From positions 26,319 through 90,318 of IMG/VR virus record IMGVR_UViG_3300020034_000005: DNA of 64,000 bases. One strand, written 5' to 3'. A program made the translations under genes and the position numbers. Below the pieces are notes generated by a model that was given only the letters and a program-made list of their open reading frames with translations, did no database searches and was not told the DNA's origin. Shown here piece after piece: positions 39,284 through 48,587 of this stretch. The DNA is from a virus. Every line of letters begins with the position of its first letter. Positions within the stretch are counted from its first letter, which is position 1.

Positions 39284-39493
39284 ATGCCGATCACGTTCCG
39301 TAAGTCCTTCCAGGTCTTCCCCGGCATCCGCCTCAACATCAACGCGAAGTCGATCTCCCGGACGTTCGGGCTCAAGGGCGGCCCGCACCACACCCGCAGC
39401 AGCACCGGGCGCCACACCACGTCGATGAATCTTCCCGGCCCGTTCGGATACCGCTCGACCAGCACCCGCAGCCGTCGCCGGCGGGGGGAGTGA
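39284..39493 (+). CDS. DUF4236-like basic protein
   Basis: FRKS.Q.FPG.RLN....S.S..G. Confidence 0.7.
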   Translation: MPITFRKSFQVFPGIRLNINAKSISRTFGLKGGPHHTRSSTGRHTTSMNLPGPFGYRSTSTRSRRRRGE

Positions 39494-40014
39494 TCGGCAT
39501 GAAGCTGACCACCCACCGTCTCAGCCGGAAGCACCAGCCCGTCGTGGACCGCGTGACGTTGATCCTCGATGAGGCGGCGCGGGTCGTGAAGCGCCACAGC
39601 GGATGCGGCGTCGGCCGGACCGAGGTCGCGGTCACGACGAGGCGCGGCGTGACCGATCTGGCGTGCAGGGCGCATGAGGGTCTGTTCGGCGTGAGTGATC
39701 CGGACGACTGGGACAACTCGGCCGGGACGACGACGTTGACCCGCACCGGAACCCTGGTGATCGTCAACGCTGATGCGCACCTGCGACACCTCGAGGAGGT
39801 CGACAGGACTCTCCTCCATGAGCTGGCGCATGCCGCGCAGTTCAACCGGCCCGGTGCCCGCAAGCAGAACCTGCGCGCCATCGAGTATGGCCTCGGCCTC
39901 CGCGAACTGTCGGCCACCGAATGCAGGGCCGGAACGCGGCGGATGGACGCCGACGAGCTGGAAGCGGAGCGGGCCGAGGACCTGCTCCGGCAGCTCGCGA
40001 AGGCGGTGCGCTGA
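39490..40014 (+). CDS. HEXXH metallopeptidase-like protein
   Basis: TLLHELAHAAQ, downstream E. Confidence 0.7.
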   Translation: MIGMKLTTHRLSRKHQPVVDRVTLILDEAARVVKRHSGCGVGRTEVAVTTRRGVTDLACRAHEGLFGVSDPDDWDNSAGTTTLTRTGTLVIVNADAHLRHLEEVDRTLLHELAHAAQFNRPGARKQNLRAIEYGLGLRELSATECRAGTRRMDADELEAERAEDLLRQLAKAVR

Positions 40015-40187
40015 TGCCGACCTGGATCCTCACCGTGACCTCCCGCACCGGCGCCAAGGTCGAACCGCTCACCGGTGCTCCGTCGCACAGCTTCGCCGTC
40101 TACGACCGGGACGTCCTCGAGCAGCACCTCGACGCCGCGAAGTACGACCCGCGTGACCTGCACATCGACGTCCGCAAGATCGCCTGA
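40014..40187 (+). CDS. Hypothetical protein
   Basis: TGATG overlap. Confidence 0.5.
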   Translation: MPTWILTVTSRTGAKVEPLTGAPSHSFAVYDRDVLEQHLDAAKYDPRDLHIDVRKIA

Positions 40188-40222
40188 CCACCCAGCCCGT
40201 CACCACACCGAAGGGATCACCG

Positions 40223-41584
40223 ATGAGCAGCGGATTCCGCTCCTGGGAGGAGCGCAACGCGGACACGGCGAGGACCCGTGCCGAAGCCGCGAAGCTCACC
40301 GCCGAAGCCAAGACCGCCGAGCAGAACGCCACCGTCGGGGCTGCGAAGGTTGTCACCGATCAGCTCGCCGAGCAGATCAAGCAGACGAAGCTCCGCAACC
40401 AGCTCGCCGATGTCAAAGGCCGCGCCGATGATGACAAGGACCGGCGCCAGGCCAGGCGTCGCGAGCAGCGGGCCGACGACGGCACCACGTTCAAGGTCCT
40501 CGTCAACATCGTCATGACGCTGGGCCTGCTCGCCGCGCTGCCCGCCCAGATGTCGTACTTCCTCACCCTGCACCGCAAGGACGACCAGCACCCCGGCTAC
40601 GCCTGGACGCTCACCCCCGTCCCGTTCTTCCTCGAACTCCTCGCCTGGGTCGGCGTCATGGGCACCCGGTGGGCGCACCGCAAAGGTCTGCCCCGCTGGC
40701 CGTTCTGGCTGATGACCGCAGCGCTCGCCTCGGTCGCCGGCTACATCAACCTGGCGCACGGCAGCACCGAGTACGGGATCGTCGCCGGGATCGCCCTGGC
40801 CGCGACGTCGATCATCGGTCCGCTGCTCGCGGAGGTCCGCCAGTTCCTGGAGACCAAGGCCGCCGAAGACGGGCGGACCCTACAGCAGCGGGCCCGAGAC
40901 CGTCGTACCGCCCGTGAAGAGTCGAAGCAGCGGCGTGCGCAGGAGCGCATCGAGAAGGACGAAGACGGCCGACGCAAGGAACTCTTCAAGGACGAGTTCG
41001 ACGAGTTCCGGCGGATCATCGCCGCGCACCCCACCGGAGGCATCAGCCGCGAGTCGGCGTGGGAGCAGGCGTGGGACACCATGCACCTCCTCCCGCTGTC
41101 CGTGACGGTGGAGAGCCTCGCCTCACGGGAGGTCGCCAGGGAGGCCATCGAAGAGGTCATGGCGGACCACGGGTCCACCCGCGAAAGCCTCGCCGTCGAC
41201 CTCTGGCTCGCTGAGATTTTCCCACCCGACCGCGGCGACGACGGACCCGCAGGAGCGCCCGCAGAGGGTGCGCCCATCGAGCCCACGGGGGGAGGGTCAC
41301 GGGCCCGCAGTGAGAGGCACCCCGAGGGCACCGAAGGCCTTGTGGGGAAAAGGAAGCAGGCACCTCGCGGCTCGACAAACGGCGCCGCCCTGAAGCCCCT
41401 TGATGACGCGGACTTGGAGAAGGTCCGGAAGCTCGCCGCCGCCCTCGGGTCGGCAGCACATCTCTCCCATAGCGCCGTGAAGAAAGCGGTCGGCGGGGGC
41501 CGCAACGAGTACCTCGCTCGGCTCCGCAAGACCGTGCAGGCGGAAGCGCGACAGGGGCAAGCCAAGCCCGGAACAGACGACTGA
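40223..41584 (+). CDS. Spd-like membrane coiled-coil protein (DUF2637-like) with C-terminal HTH-like end
   Basis: About four TMs flanked by coiled coils; LSHSAVKKAVGGG. Confidence 0.7.
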   Translation: MSSGFRSWEERNADTARTRAEAAKLTAEAKTAEQNATVGAAKVVTDQLAEQIKQTKLRNQLADVKGRADDDKDRRQARRREQRADDGTTFKVLVNIVMTLGLLAALPAQMSYFLTLHRKDDQHPGYAWTLTPVPFFLELLAWVGVMGTRWAHRKGLPRWPFWLMTAALASVAGYINLAHGSTEYGIVAGIALAATSIIGPLLAEVRQFLETKAAEDGRTLQQRARDRRTAREESKQRRAQERIEKDEDGRRKELFKDEFDEFRRIIAAHPTGGISRESAWEQAWDTMHLLPLSVTVESLASREVAREAIEEVMADHGSTRESLAVDLWLAEIFPPDRGDDGPAGAPAEGAPIEPTGGGSRARSERHPEGTEGLVGKRKQAPRGSTNGAALKPLDDADLEKVRKLAAALGSAAHLSHSAVKKAVGGGRNEYLARLRKTVQAEARQGQAKPGTDD

Positions 41585-41612
41585 TCCACAACCCTCAACC
41601 AGGAGACCCCTC

Positions 41613-42197
41613 ATGAACACCACCATCCGCCGGATCGCCGTCTCGGGCAGTGCGGCCGTCGCCCTCCTAGGAGGCGCCGCCGCGATCAACATGAGCGCCG
41701 CGCCCGACGCGTCCGCCACCGAAATCAGCACCGCCATCGACCAGGCCACCGGCGCCCCCGTCAACCTCCCCGACGGGCGGGTCATGCACATCCGCGGCCT
41801 CGACACGGCCGGCTACCAGGCCGACGCCGCCCACCACACCGCAGTCGTGCGACTCGCCGCCGACACCAACCCCGGCACCACCGGCGGTACGTACAACGAC
41901 CAGACCGGGACCGGCACCGGCCAGCAGAACCCGACGGTGGGGAACGGGGTCAGTTACACCCCCGCGCAGGTGCAGACCCAGGCGGGCGGCGGCACCATCG
42001 CCATCGGCATCGTCGTGATCATCGTTCTCGGCACCATTGCCTTCTTCCGGGTCAAGGGCAGCGCCAAGGTCGGCGACGCAGTCCTCTTCGCCTTCCTGGG
42101 TGTTGCCATGTCGGGAACGGTCTTCGGAGTCATGGCGAAGACGATGTCGGAGCAGGGAGTCGGCTCCCTCGGCGGCATCCTCGGCGGCCTCGGCTAA
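41613..42197 (+). CDS. Secreted/membrane protein upstream of traB
   Basis: Signal peptide, G/T/Q linker, two C-terminal TMs. Confidence 0.7.
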   Translation: MNTTIRRIAVSGSAAVALLGGAAAINMSAAPDASATEISTAIDQATGAPVNLPDGRVMHIRGLDTAGYQADAAHHTAVVRLAADTNPGTTGGTYNDQTGTGTGQQNPTVGNGVSYTPAQVQTQAGGGTIAIGIVVIIVLGTIAFFRVKGSAKVGDAVLFAFLGVAMSGTVFGVMAKTMSEQGVGSLGGILGGLG

Positions 42198-42235
42198 CCC
42201 CCACCACCCCCAACCACTCTGAAAGGACTTGGCCA

Positions 42236-44425
42236 GTGGCCACCGACCAGAAGCCCACCCCCGAGCCGACCAAGCAGGAAACCACCTGGCGGGACAAGCT
42301 GCGCGGCCGCGGCGCCGACCAGGCAGCGAAAGCGCGCGCCGCCCTCGCCGTACAGCGCGACCACGCCAAAGCCCGCACCGGGGACTGGCTGAAGGGCGCC
42401 GACCTCACCGACGAGGACCTTCAGCAGATGGTGACAGAGAAGGCCCGGGAACACCGCGCTCAGCGGGTGGCGGAAGCCGAGCAGCAGGTCGCCATCCTGG
42501 AGAACCGTCTCGACATGGCCCGGTCCATGGGGAAACGCGGCAAGGACATGGTCTCGCAGCTCAAGATGCAACTCGTTGTTGCCGAGGACGCCCTGGACGC
42601 GGTCGCCAGCGAGCCGGACCCGCCCCCCACCCAGCGTCAGCTCAACTCGGCCCGGCTGAAGAAGCGCGCCACCCGGGCCGGCTACCTGGTCGGCGGCGGG
42701 CTCCTGGCCCTGAAAGGTGCGGCCACCGACCCGACGCTACTCGGCTTCCTGGGCGTCGCGGGCGGCTACGGCTGGTACCTGGTGTCGCGCCCTTTCACCG
42801 ACGGCCAGACCCCTGCACCTGCACCGAGCACCCCGCAGGGACTGGCCACCCCGCAGAGTCCGGCACCTTCGATCAACCTGACCAAGCCCGAACCGGCGCC
42901 CGGGGTGAGGGAGTTCAACGCCCCACCGCCGCCCGCGCTCACAGTTAGCCAGTTGGACGAAGCCCTCCGCAGTGTCGGCATGGTGCGACCAGGCGAGAAG
43001 ATCCAGATCCTGGCCGTGCCGCAGCGAGAGAAGGACGGCAACACTACCGTCGTTTTCGATCTGCCCGCAGGCCAGAAAGTCGCCAACCTCCAGCTGAAGA
43101 TCGAGGAGTTCGCCGGGGCGCTCGGCCGCGACTCCACCATGGTCGACATCGAGAAGGCGGGCAGTGCGGTCCGCACCAGCCTGTGGATCACCGACGAGGA
43201 CCCGTTCGCGAACACCCGCCCCTCACCGCTGATCACGCACCCGACGCAGATCGACGCGTTCAGAGACGGCATCCCGGTCGGGTGGGGGAAGCGCGGGAAC
43301 ACCATCAAGCTCCCCATCAGCAGCTCGAACATCGTGATCGGCGGCGGTGCCCGCTCCGGCAAGGGCGTCGGCGCCTCGAACCTCGCCGTCGGCGCCACCT
43401 TCGACCCGCGCATCAACCCCCGGATCGTCGCGGGCAAGCAGAACGCCGAATGGGACGCCTACGCCCGTGCCGGAATCGCCTGCACGTACTTCAAGCCGGA
43501 CCCGGCCCGGCTTCTGGCACTTCTCGATGCCGAGATCGCGGACAAGGACCGGCGCGAGGCGGCGCTGGGCAGGCTCGGCAAGAGCAAGCTGGTCGGCCCC
43601 GCGATCGAGCAACTCGGAGGCATCGAGCTCATCATCATCGACGAGCTCGCCACATACACACGCCCCGGAAAACCGCTCCGGGACGAGATCCTGGAACGCC
43701 TCGTACTCCTCGCGTCCGTAGCACCGGCCGCCGGGATCCTCCTGGTCGTCCTCACCCAGTACCCGGGCGTCGACATCTTTCCGACCGAGCTGGCCGTGAA
43801 CTTCACCACGAAGTGGGCGATGCGCGTCGACACGGCGACGCAGTCCAACGCGATCCTCGGCGCCGGTTCGTCCGGCATGGGCCGCGATGCATCCAAGTTC
43901 GACCCTCCCCGGCCGGGCTTGGGCTGGCTCGTCAACCCCTTCGTCGGGGTCACCGACCGGGCTCGCAGCTTCGACATTGACGAGGATGAGCGCGGCGAAA
44001 TCAGCATGCTGCAGGAGAAGGCCGCGAAGATCCGTGAAGCTGCGGGGCGTCTCGCCGGGCAGTGGGACGACCCGATCGAGCGACACCTCCTCAACGCAAC
44101 CGGACTGTCCTCGGCGGCCGGCGGACCGAAGCGCGACGGCATCCCGGGACGGAACGTTCTGAATCACACGCCGGACCAGAAGTTCCAGATCGGCTGCTGC
44201 CGTCAGGCACTTGAGGCCATGGATCAGCTGGGTCGTGATGTGGCGCAGCTCGACGAGATGGCTCAGATCATCGGTGCGATCCAGAGCGACGAGCTTGGGA
44301 GGGCGCTTCGTTCCGCAGGCGCCGGCGGAACCGTGAAGATCACGGTTCCCGGCCGGGAGGGGCAGGTTCGCGGCTACCAGCGGGCCGACGTCAAGGACGC
44401 GCTGGACTTGCTGCTCGGCTCCTGA
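42236..44425 (+). CDS. traB: TraB-like FtsK/SpoIIIE DNA translocase
   Basis: Two TMs, alpha domain, Walker A GGARSGKG, Walker B IIIDE, LTQYP, C-terminal wHTH ending GYQRAD. Confidence 0.8.
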   Translation: MATDQKPTPEPTKQETTWRDKLRGRGADQAAKARAALAVQRDHAKARTGDWLKGADLTDEDLQQMVTEKAREHRAQRVAEAEQQVAILENRLDMARSMGKRGKDMVSQLKMQLVVAEDALDAVASEPDPPPTQRQLNSARLKKRATRAGYLVGGGLLALKGAATDPTLLGFLGVAGGYGWYLVSRPFTDGQTPAPAPSTPQGLATPQSPAPSINLTKPEPAPGVREFNAPPPPALTVSQLDEALRSVGMVRPGEKIQILAVPQREKDGNTTVVFDLPAGQKVANLQLKIEEFAGALGRDSTMVDIEKAGSAVRTSLWITDEDPFANTRPSPLITHPTQIDAFRDGIPVGWGKRGNTIKLPISSSNIVIGGGARSGKGVGASNLAVGATFDPRINPRIVAGKQNAEWDAYARAGIACTYFKPDPARLLALLDAEIADKDRREAALGRLGKSKLVGPAIEQLGGIELIIIDELATYTRPGKPLRDEILERLVLLASVAPAAGILLVVLTQYPGVDIFPTELAVNFTTKWAMRVDTATQSNAILGAGSSGMGRDASKFDPPRPGLGWLVNPFVGVTDRARSFDIDEDERGEISMLQEKAAKIREAAGRLAGQWDDPIERHLLNATGLSSAAGGPKRDGIPGRNVLNHTPDQKFQIGCCRQALEAMDQLGRDVAQLDEMAQIIGAIQSDELGRALRSAGAGGTVKITVPGREGQVRGYQRADVKDALDLLLGS

Positions 44426-44433
44426 GTGCCTCG

Positions 44434-44577
44434 TTTGCCCCGTCTTGTCGGGTGGCGATCGGTCGTTTTGCCCCGTCTTGTCGGGTGGCCGCTGGGTGGA
44501 TTCCATCCGGCTGCTATCCACCCTCGAAGATCGACTATCCACCCCCCAAGGCGGGGCGAATGATCCCATAACCACCC
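44434..44577. repeat. clt-like repeat cluster downstream of traB
   Basis: 23-bp direct repeat at 44434 and 44467; CTATCCACCC at 44514 and 44535; GGGTGG x3 then CCACCC x3. Confidence 0.6.
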
Positions 44578-44648
44578 TGTTTAGTGCGCAGATCGCCCGA
44601 CATCAGCTCTAACTGTCCAGCAGGGATCACTACTCGAAGGAGATCGAC

Positions 44649-45059
44649 ATGAAAGAGATTTACGAGCGTTCGAAGCGCGGCGCCAAGCAGCTCGAACGTG
44701 ATGTTCGGATCGGCACCGTCCTCTACACCGTCGTGGACGTCGCCCAGAACTACGCCCCGTGGGAGGACGCGCAGCTGTACAGCCGCTGCGTCGTGACCTT
44801 CAGGAGCCGCGTCACCGGCAACCTGATGATCAGCGGCAGCATGTCGGTGATCGGCCTGGCCCTCCGCGAAGGCCCCGTCTACACGGAGAAGCCCAAGGGT
44901 CTGCGGAACCTCGCCAAGCCCGGACGGCAGGTCTCCGGCCCGCTGCCCGACGGCTATGAGGGTGTCCTCGACGAGGCCGAACTCAAGGGCCTGGAGAAGC
45001 GGGTCCGCAACGGCAGTGACCCCCGTAAGCGCCGCCGCCTCGGCGGCTGGCGCGTCTGA
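44649..45059 (+). CDS. Hypothetical protein
   Basis: AAGGAG RBS. Confidence 0.7.
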   Translation: MKEIYERSKRGAKQLERDVRIGTVLYTVVDVAQNYAPWEDAQLYSRCVVTFRSRVTGNLMISGSMSVIGLALREGPVYTEKPKGLRNLAKPGRQVSGPLPDGYEGVLDEAELKGLEKRVRNGSDPRKRRRLGGWRV

Positions 45060-45097
45060 CCGCACCGGAACAACCACCAACCCCCGAGAAGGAGCAC

Positions 45098-45286
45098 GTG
45101 ATGCCGAAGCAACCGCGGGCCGACCGTAAGGCCGTCAACCGGGCGAGCCGTGAGGCGGACGCCGCCCTGCATGAGAACCAGCGCAAGGAGAAGGCTGCCG
45201 GTGTCACCGAGGTGACACCGGAGTTCCTCCGCCTGAACGCGATCGCCACCGAGGCCGCGAGCAACGCCTCCTGGTACCGCCGCTAG
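45098..45286 (+). CDS. ETPxFLRLN-family small protein
   Basis: AAGGAG RBS; paralogy. Confidence 0.7.
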   Translation: MMPKQPRADRKAVNRASREADAALHENQRKEKAAGVTEVTPEFLRLNAIATEAASNASWYRR

Positions 45287-45339
45287 ATCCGTATGACGAC
45301 CAGTACGACCGTCGCCAACACACACCCAAGGAGCCAGAT

Positions 45340-45549
45340 ATGAGCAACGAACCGCAGAAGTACGCCGACGGCCTCACCGACGCTCAGCACCGGGCACTGA
45401 GGGCGTCGCGCCAGGAAGACACGAAGCATGCACGCCGCGAGGCGAGCGGCGACGTCCCCATGCACTGCGGGGAGTCGATGGGGCACGCCGGAGACGGCTA
45501 TTACCGGTGCGTGAACTGCCCCACGAACTTCGACGTCAACAGTTTCTGA
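45340..45549 (+). CDS. Small Zn-ribbon protein
   Basis: HCG...C..C; AAGGAG RBS. Confidence 0.6.
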   Translation: MSNEPQKYADGLTDAQHRALRASRQEDTKHARREASGDVPMHCGESMGHAGDGYYRCVNCPTNFDVNSF

Positions 45550-45577
45550 ATCCGTACACAACCCGAAGGGGAGACCG

Positions 45578-45781
45578 ATGGGCATCCGCGAACGCCGCGC
45601 CGCCATTAAGGCGTACAAGGCCGCTGACAAGGCGCTTGAGGAGAAAGGGCAGCGCGACCAAGCAGCCGGGATCGACTACGAAACCCCGGAATTCCTTCGA
45701 CTCAACCGTGCGGTCGCCGAGGCAGAGGACAACCCGCACCTGCCCGACCGCTACCGCGACCCCCGCGACCTGCACGACTGA
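45578..45781 (+). CDS. ETPxFLRLN-family small protein
   Basis: GGAG RBS; paralogy. Confidence 0.7.
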   Translation: MGIRERRAAIKAYKAADKALEEKGQRDQAAGIDYETPEFLRLNRAVAEAEDNPHLPDRYRDPRDLHD

Positions 45782-45868
45782 TGACCGGGGGCGTCCCCTC
45801 CGCCTGGACAGCAACGGGACGCCCCCACCACCCCAGCACAGCCCAACGACCGTGAGGAGCACTACGAC

Positions 45869-46486
45869 ATGACCACGCCCGTCACCACGGCGGCAACCCC
45901 GCACGCACCGCCCGACGCCACCAGCACGCTGATCGTCGAGATTGAGCAGTACCTCGCCGACCACGCCCCGCAGGCCGCGCCCCCGCAGCCGCGCCCGGCG
46001 ACCGCACACCAGCTCGTCACCAAGACCACCGCGGAGTTGGTCGCCGAAGCGTTGGGCGCCCCTGTGGCGGCGGCCGTGCCCGCGGCGCCCGTACTCCAGC
46101 CGCCGCCCGCCTTCCTGCGGCGCCTTCCGGACTGGGCACTCACCCTGCCCATGATCCGCAACCGGTTCGGTGGCGGCGGGCAGGACGTCACTGTTGCCCA
46201 GCACCTCCAGTTGACCGCCATGGTCATCGAGCGCTGGGGATGGGCCCAGGGCACCCTCCGCAAGAGCGGGTGCATCTGCATCGAGGGCGCCCAGTTCGTG
46301 CTCCTGCGCCTCGGCTACGGCAACGGCGACACCCTCCACGCCGCCACCCTCCACCTCCACCAGCTCCTCGCCAACGTCGGCGCCGGATCCCTCACCGCCT
46401 GGAACGACCACCCCGGCCGCACCCAGCAGGAAGTCCTCCAACTCATCCGCATGGCCGCCACCAGCGCACAGGAGATCCGACGATGA
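45869..46486 (+). CDS. DUF6197-like protein
   Basis: GW.QG...C..GA...WND.PGRT..EV. Confidence 0.7.
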   Translation: MTTPVTTAATPHAPPDATSTLIVEIEQYLADHAPQAAPPQPRPATAHQLVTKTTAELVAEALGAPVAAAVPAAPVLQPPPAFLRRLPDWALTLPMIRNRFGGGGQDVTVAQHLQLTAMVIERWGWAQGTLRKSGCICIEGAQFVLLRLGYGNGDTLHAATLHLHQLLANVGAGSLTAWNDHPGRTQQEVLQLIRMAATSAQEIRR

Positions 46487-46674
46487 CGAAGAAACGCGAC
46501 CTGAAGATCGACACGTTCGAAACGGTCCGCCCCGGCAAGAGCAACGTGCAGTGGGTGTCCGCGATCCACGACGAGAACGACCCGTGGTTCAGCCTGCAGT
46601 CCGAACCCCACACCACCAGGCAGGCATCCATCGACGACGTCACCCGCAAGGCCCGGAAGGCGGGGGTGGCCTGA
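46483..46674 (+). CDS. Hypothetical protein
   Basis: ATGA overlap. Confidence 0.55.
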   Translation: MTKKRDLKIDTFETVRPGKSNVQWVSAIHDENDPWFSLQSEPHTTRQASIDDVTRKARKAGVA

Positions 46675-46973
46675 TGGGCGCGAGGATCAGCCACTACGAC
46701 GGGGCACCCTCCTGGCACACCATCGAGAACCTCGGCGTACAGCTCGAGCACGTCACCACGTCCGGTCAGTGGCGGCACCTCAAGCCGCTCTTCGACGGGA
46801 GTCTCCGCGGCCCCGTCTCCGTGTCGCCCCGCGACGCCGCCCGCATCGGCGACTACCTCGAGTCCGCCGCCGGCCACCGCTTGATGCCCGGCAACTGGGC
46901 CGACCTCGCCCGCAAGATCGCCAAGGCCGCCCACCGGGCCGCCAACCGCAACCAGCAATGGACCTGGGAGTGA
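46674..46973 (+). CDS. Hypothetical protein
   Basis: TGATG overlap. Confidence 0.65.
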   Translation: MGARISHYDGAPSWHTIENLGVQLEHVTTSGQWRHLKPLFDGSLRGPVSVSPRDAARIGDYLESAAGHRLMPGNWADLARKIAKAAHRAANRNQQWTWE

Positions 46974-46978
46974 CCTGC

Positions 46979-47404
46979 ATGCCTGCCGAGACCACGACGA
47001 TCACCCTGACCCCGCTGACTGCCGATGAAGTATTCGAAGGCGGTGCCTTCCGCAGCGACGGAGGCCTCGATGAAGGACGCTGGTTCTTCCGCGGGCACCT
47101 CACCGCCGGACAGGTCGACAAGGTCTACTTCGAGGCGTACCCGGAGCAGCGCTTCCCAGATGTGCTTGACGCCGACAGCGTTGAGCAGGTCTGGCAGGTG
47201 TTCACCGCCCACGGGGACGACTGCTACCTCGTCGGCGAGAACAACTCGGACACCCCGTTCACCGACACCGACTGCATGCTCTGCACCTGCGAGTCCGGCC
47301 CCGCCATGGACCACGACGGGGTCGAGTACCGGCACCCGCATAAGGCAGACGCCACCACCCCGGGCGCCATCGCCGTCACCTGGGCAACCATCCGCGCCGT
47401 CTGA
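46979..47404 (+). CDS. Hypothetical protein
   Basis: FRGH...PGAIAVT, similar end to 17888 ORF. Confidence 0.65.
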   Translation: MPAETTTITLTPLTADEVFEGGAFRSDGGLDEGRWFFRGHLTAGQVDKVYFEAYPEQRFPDVLDADSVEQVWQVFTAHGDDCYLVGENNSDTPFTDTDCMLCTCESGPAMDHDGVEYRHPHKADATTPGAIAVTWATIRAV

Positions 47405-47605
47405 TCACCCAGAAGCGGAAGGGCCCCGGCCGTCTCGCTCGGTCGGGGCCTTCGTTGTGGGTGCGGGTACGGCGCGGGCGATCCACCGGCCGGCCGTCAC
47501 CATCCGCGGGTCCATGGCCGGCTCCAGCCCCAACGCGACCAACGCCCGCAGCCCTTCGGCGCATTCGTGTTCGTCGTCACCCTGCACCGTGAAACGCAAC
47601 GCCAT
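47405..47605 (-). CDS. Hypothetical protein
   Basis: Short ORF. Confidence 0.45.
   Translation of the reverse strand: MALRFTVQGDDEHECAEGLRALVALGLEPAMDPRMVTAGRWIARAVPAPTTKAPTERDGRGPSASG
47418..47453. terminator. Hairpin at convergence of transcription units
   Basis: GGCCCCGGCCG...CGGTCGGGGCC. Confidence 0.5.
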
Positions 47606-47653
47606 ACGGGGAGTGTGCCCGGGGCGGGTGATGCGGCGGGGCGGAACGTGGAT

Positions 47654-47977
47654 TCAGCCCCGGATCTCGGAGGACTGGGCGTCCAGGCGCGCCCGCACCT
47701 TGGCGACCCTGTCCATGTCTGGCTGTACTTCCGGAGCGTCGATGTCGAGCTCAGCGTGGATGCGCTGATAGATGCCGAGTTCGAGGAGCGGGATCTGGAT
47801 CTCGTCCCAGGGCGTCGGGCCGACCGCCGCGGTCAGGTCCTTGATCCGCTGGGTGATGTCGTCGCAGCTGACGGACCAGGTACCGTTGATGGCGGACCGC
47901 CTGGCGATCTCCAGATCGCCCCACAGGCAGGCCAGTTCCTCGCGGGCCACAACTTCGAGCTTCATTGTGTCGATCAT
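47654..47977 (-). CDS. Hypothetical protein
   Basis: ATGA overlap, GGAG RBS. Confidence 0.6.
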   Translation of the reverse strand: MIDTMKLEVVAREELACLWGDLEIARRSAINGTWSVSCDDITQRIKDLTAAVGPTPWDEIQIPLLELGIYQRIHAELDIDAPEVQPDMDRVAKVRARLDAQSSEIRG

Positions 47978-48156
47978 TCGGACTCCCCGCGGTCGGGTAG
48001 CGGCCCGTAGCCTGCCTGTTGGAGTTCGTACATGAGGTCCCCGACGTCCGAGCCGAGCCCGTCGTTGGCGTCCTCGATCCACTTCCAGACGATGCCGAGC
48101 AGCGCGCGAGCGTCGTTGCCGTTCAGCGGCTGCGATCCCATCTGGCCTTCGGTCAC
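47974..48156 (-). CDS. Hypothetical protein
   Basis: GTGA overlap. Confidence 0.55.
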   Translation of the reverse strand: MTEGQMGSQPLNGNDARALLGIVWKWIEDANDGLGSDVGDLMYELQQAGYGPLPDRGESE

Positions 48157-48446
48157 GACTGCGCATCCGTGACCGGCGTCTTCTTCATTCGGTCGGCTCG
48201 GTCCCGGTATCGCTCGTCAGGTTCGATGTCTGCTGCGCGTGCCAGCTTCCGGACGTGGGCGCCGGTCCAGCCAGACGCCTTCGCGACTTCGGTCGGCTTC
48301 AAGTGGCCCTCGCGTAGCGCGGCGAGGACAAGGTCTTTCAGGTCGTCGCTGGACTTCTTGAGGCGGTCGGCGTCGCGCTGGCGGCGGGTGCCAGCTGCGG
48401 CGATGTCCTCCAGTGAAGGCGGCTCGACGGGCGGGGTCGGGTTCAT
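48153..48446 (-). CDS. Small HTH regulator
   Basis: KPTEVAKASGWTGAHVRKLAR. Confidence 0.7.
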   Translation of the reverse strand: MNPTPPVEPPSLEDIAAAGTRRQRDADRLKKSSDDLKDLVLAALREGHLKPTEVAKASGWTGAHVRKLARAADIEPDERYRDRADRMKKTPVTDAQS

Positions 48447-48587
48447 GGCATCAATCTAGCGCAAGTGGGTTGTGGTGCCCATGCCTCAGGCGTACTGTCG
48501 GAGTCATCGCCAGCGCAACCGATGATCGCTAGTCGGTGGTGATGGTGATTAAGTGAATCGCCACGGAAGACCGACCGAGGAGACGCC

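Noticed and set aside
44434-44489. Mini CRISPR array
   Set aside because: Only two 23-bp repeats with a 10-bp gap; no cas genes
44692-44708. SOS-box-like TCGAAC-N5-GTTCGG
   Set aside because: Wrong spacer length and inside a CDS
34306-47404. Independent AICE inserted in the phage
   Set aside because: No own int/xis, RepSA or flanking direct repeats recognised; cannot be fully excluded without comparative data
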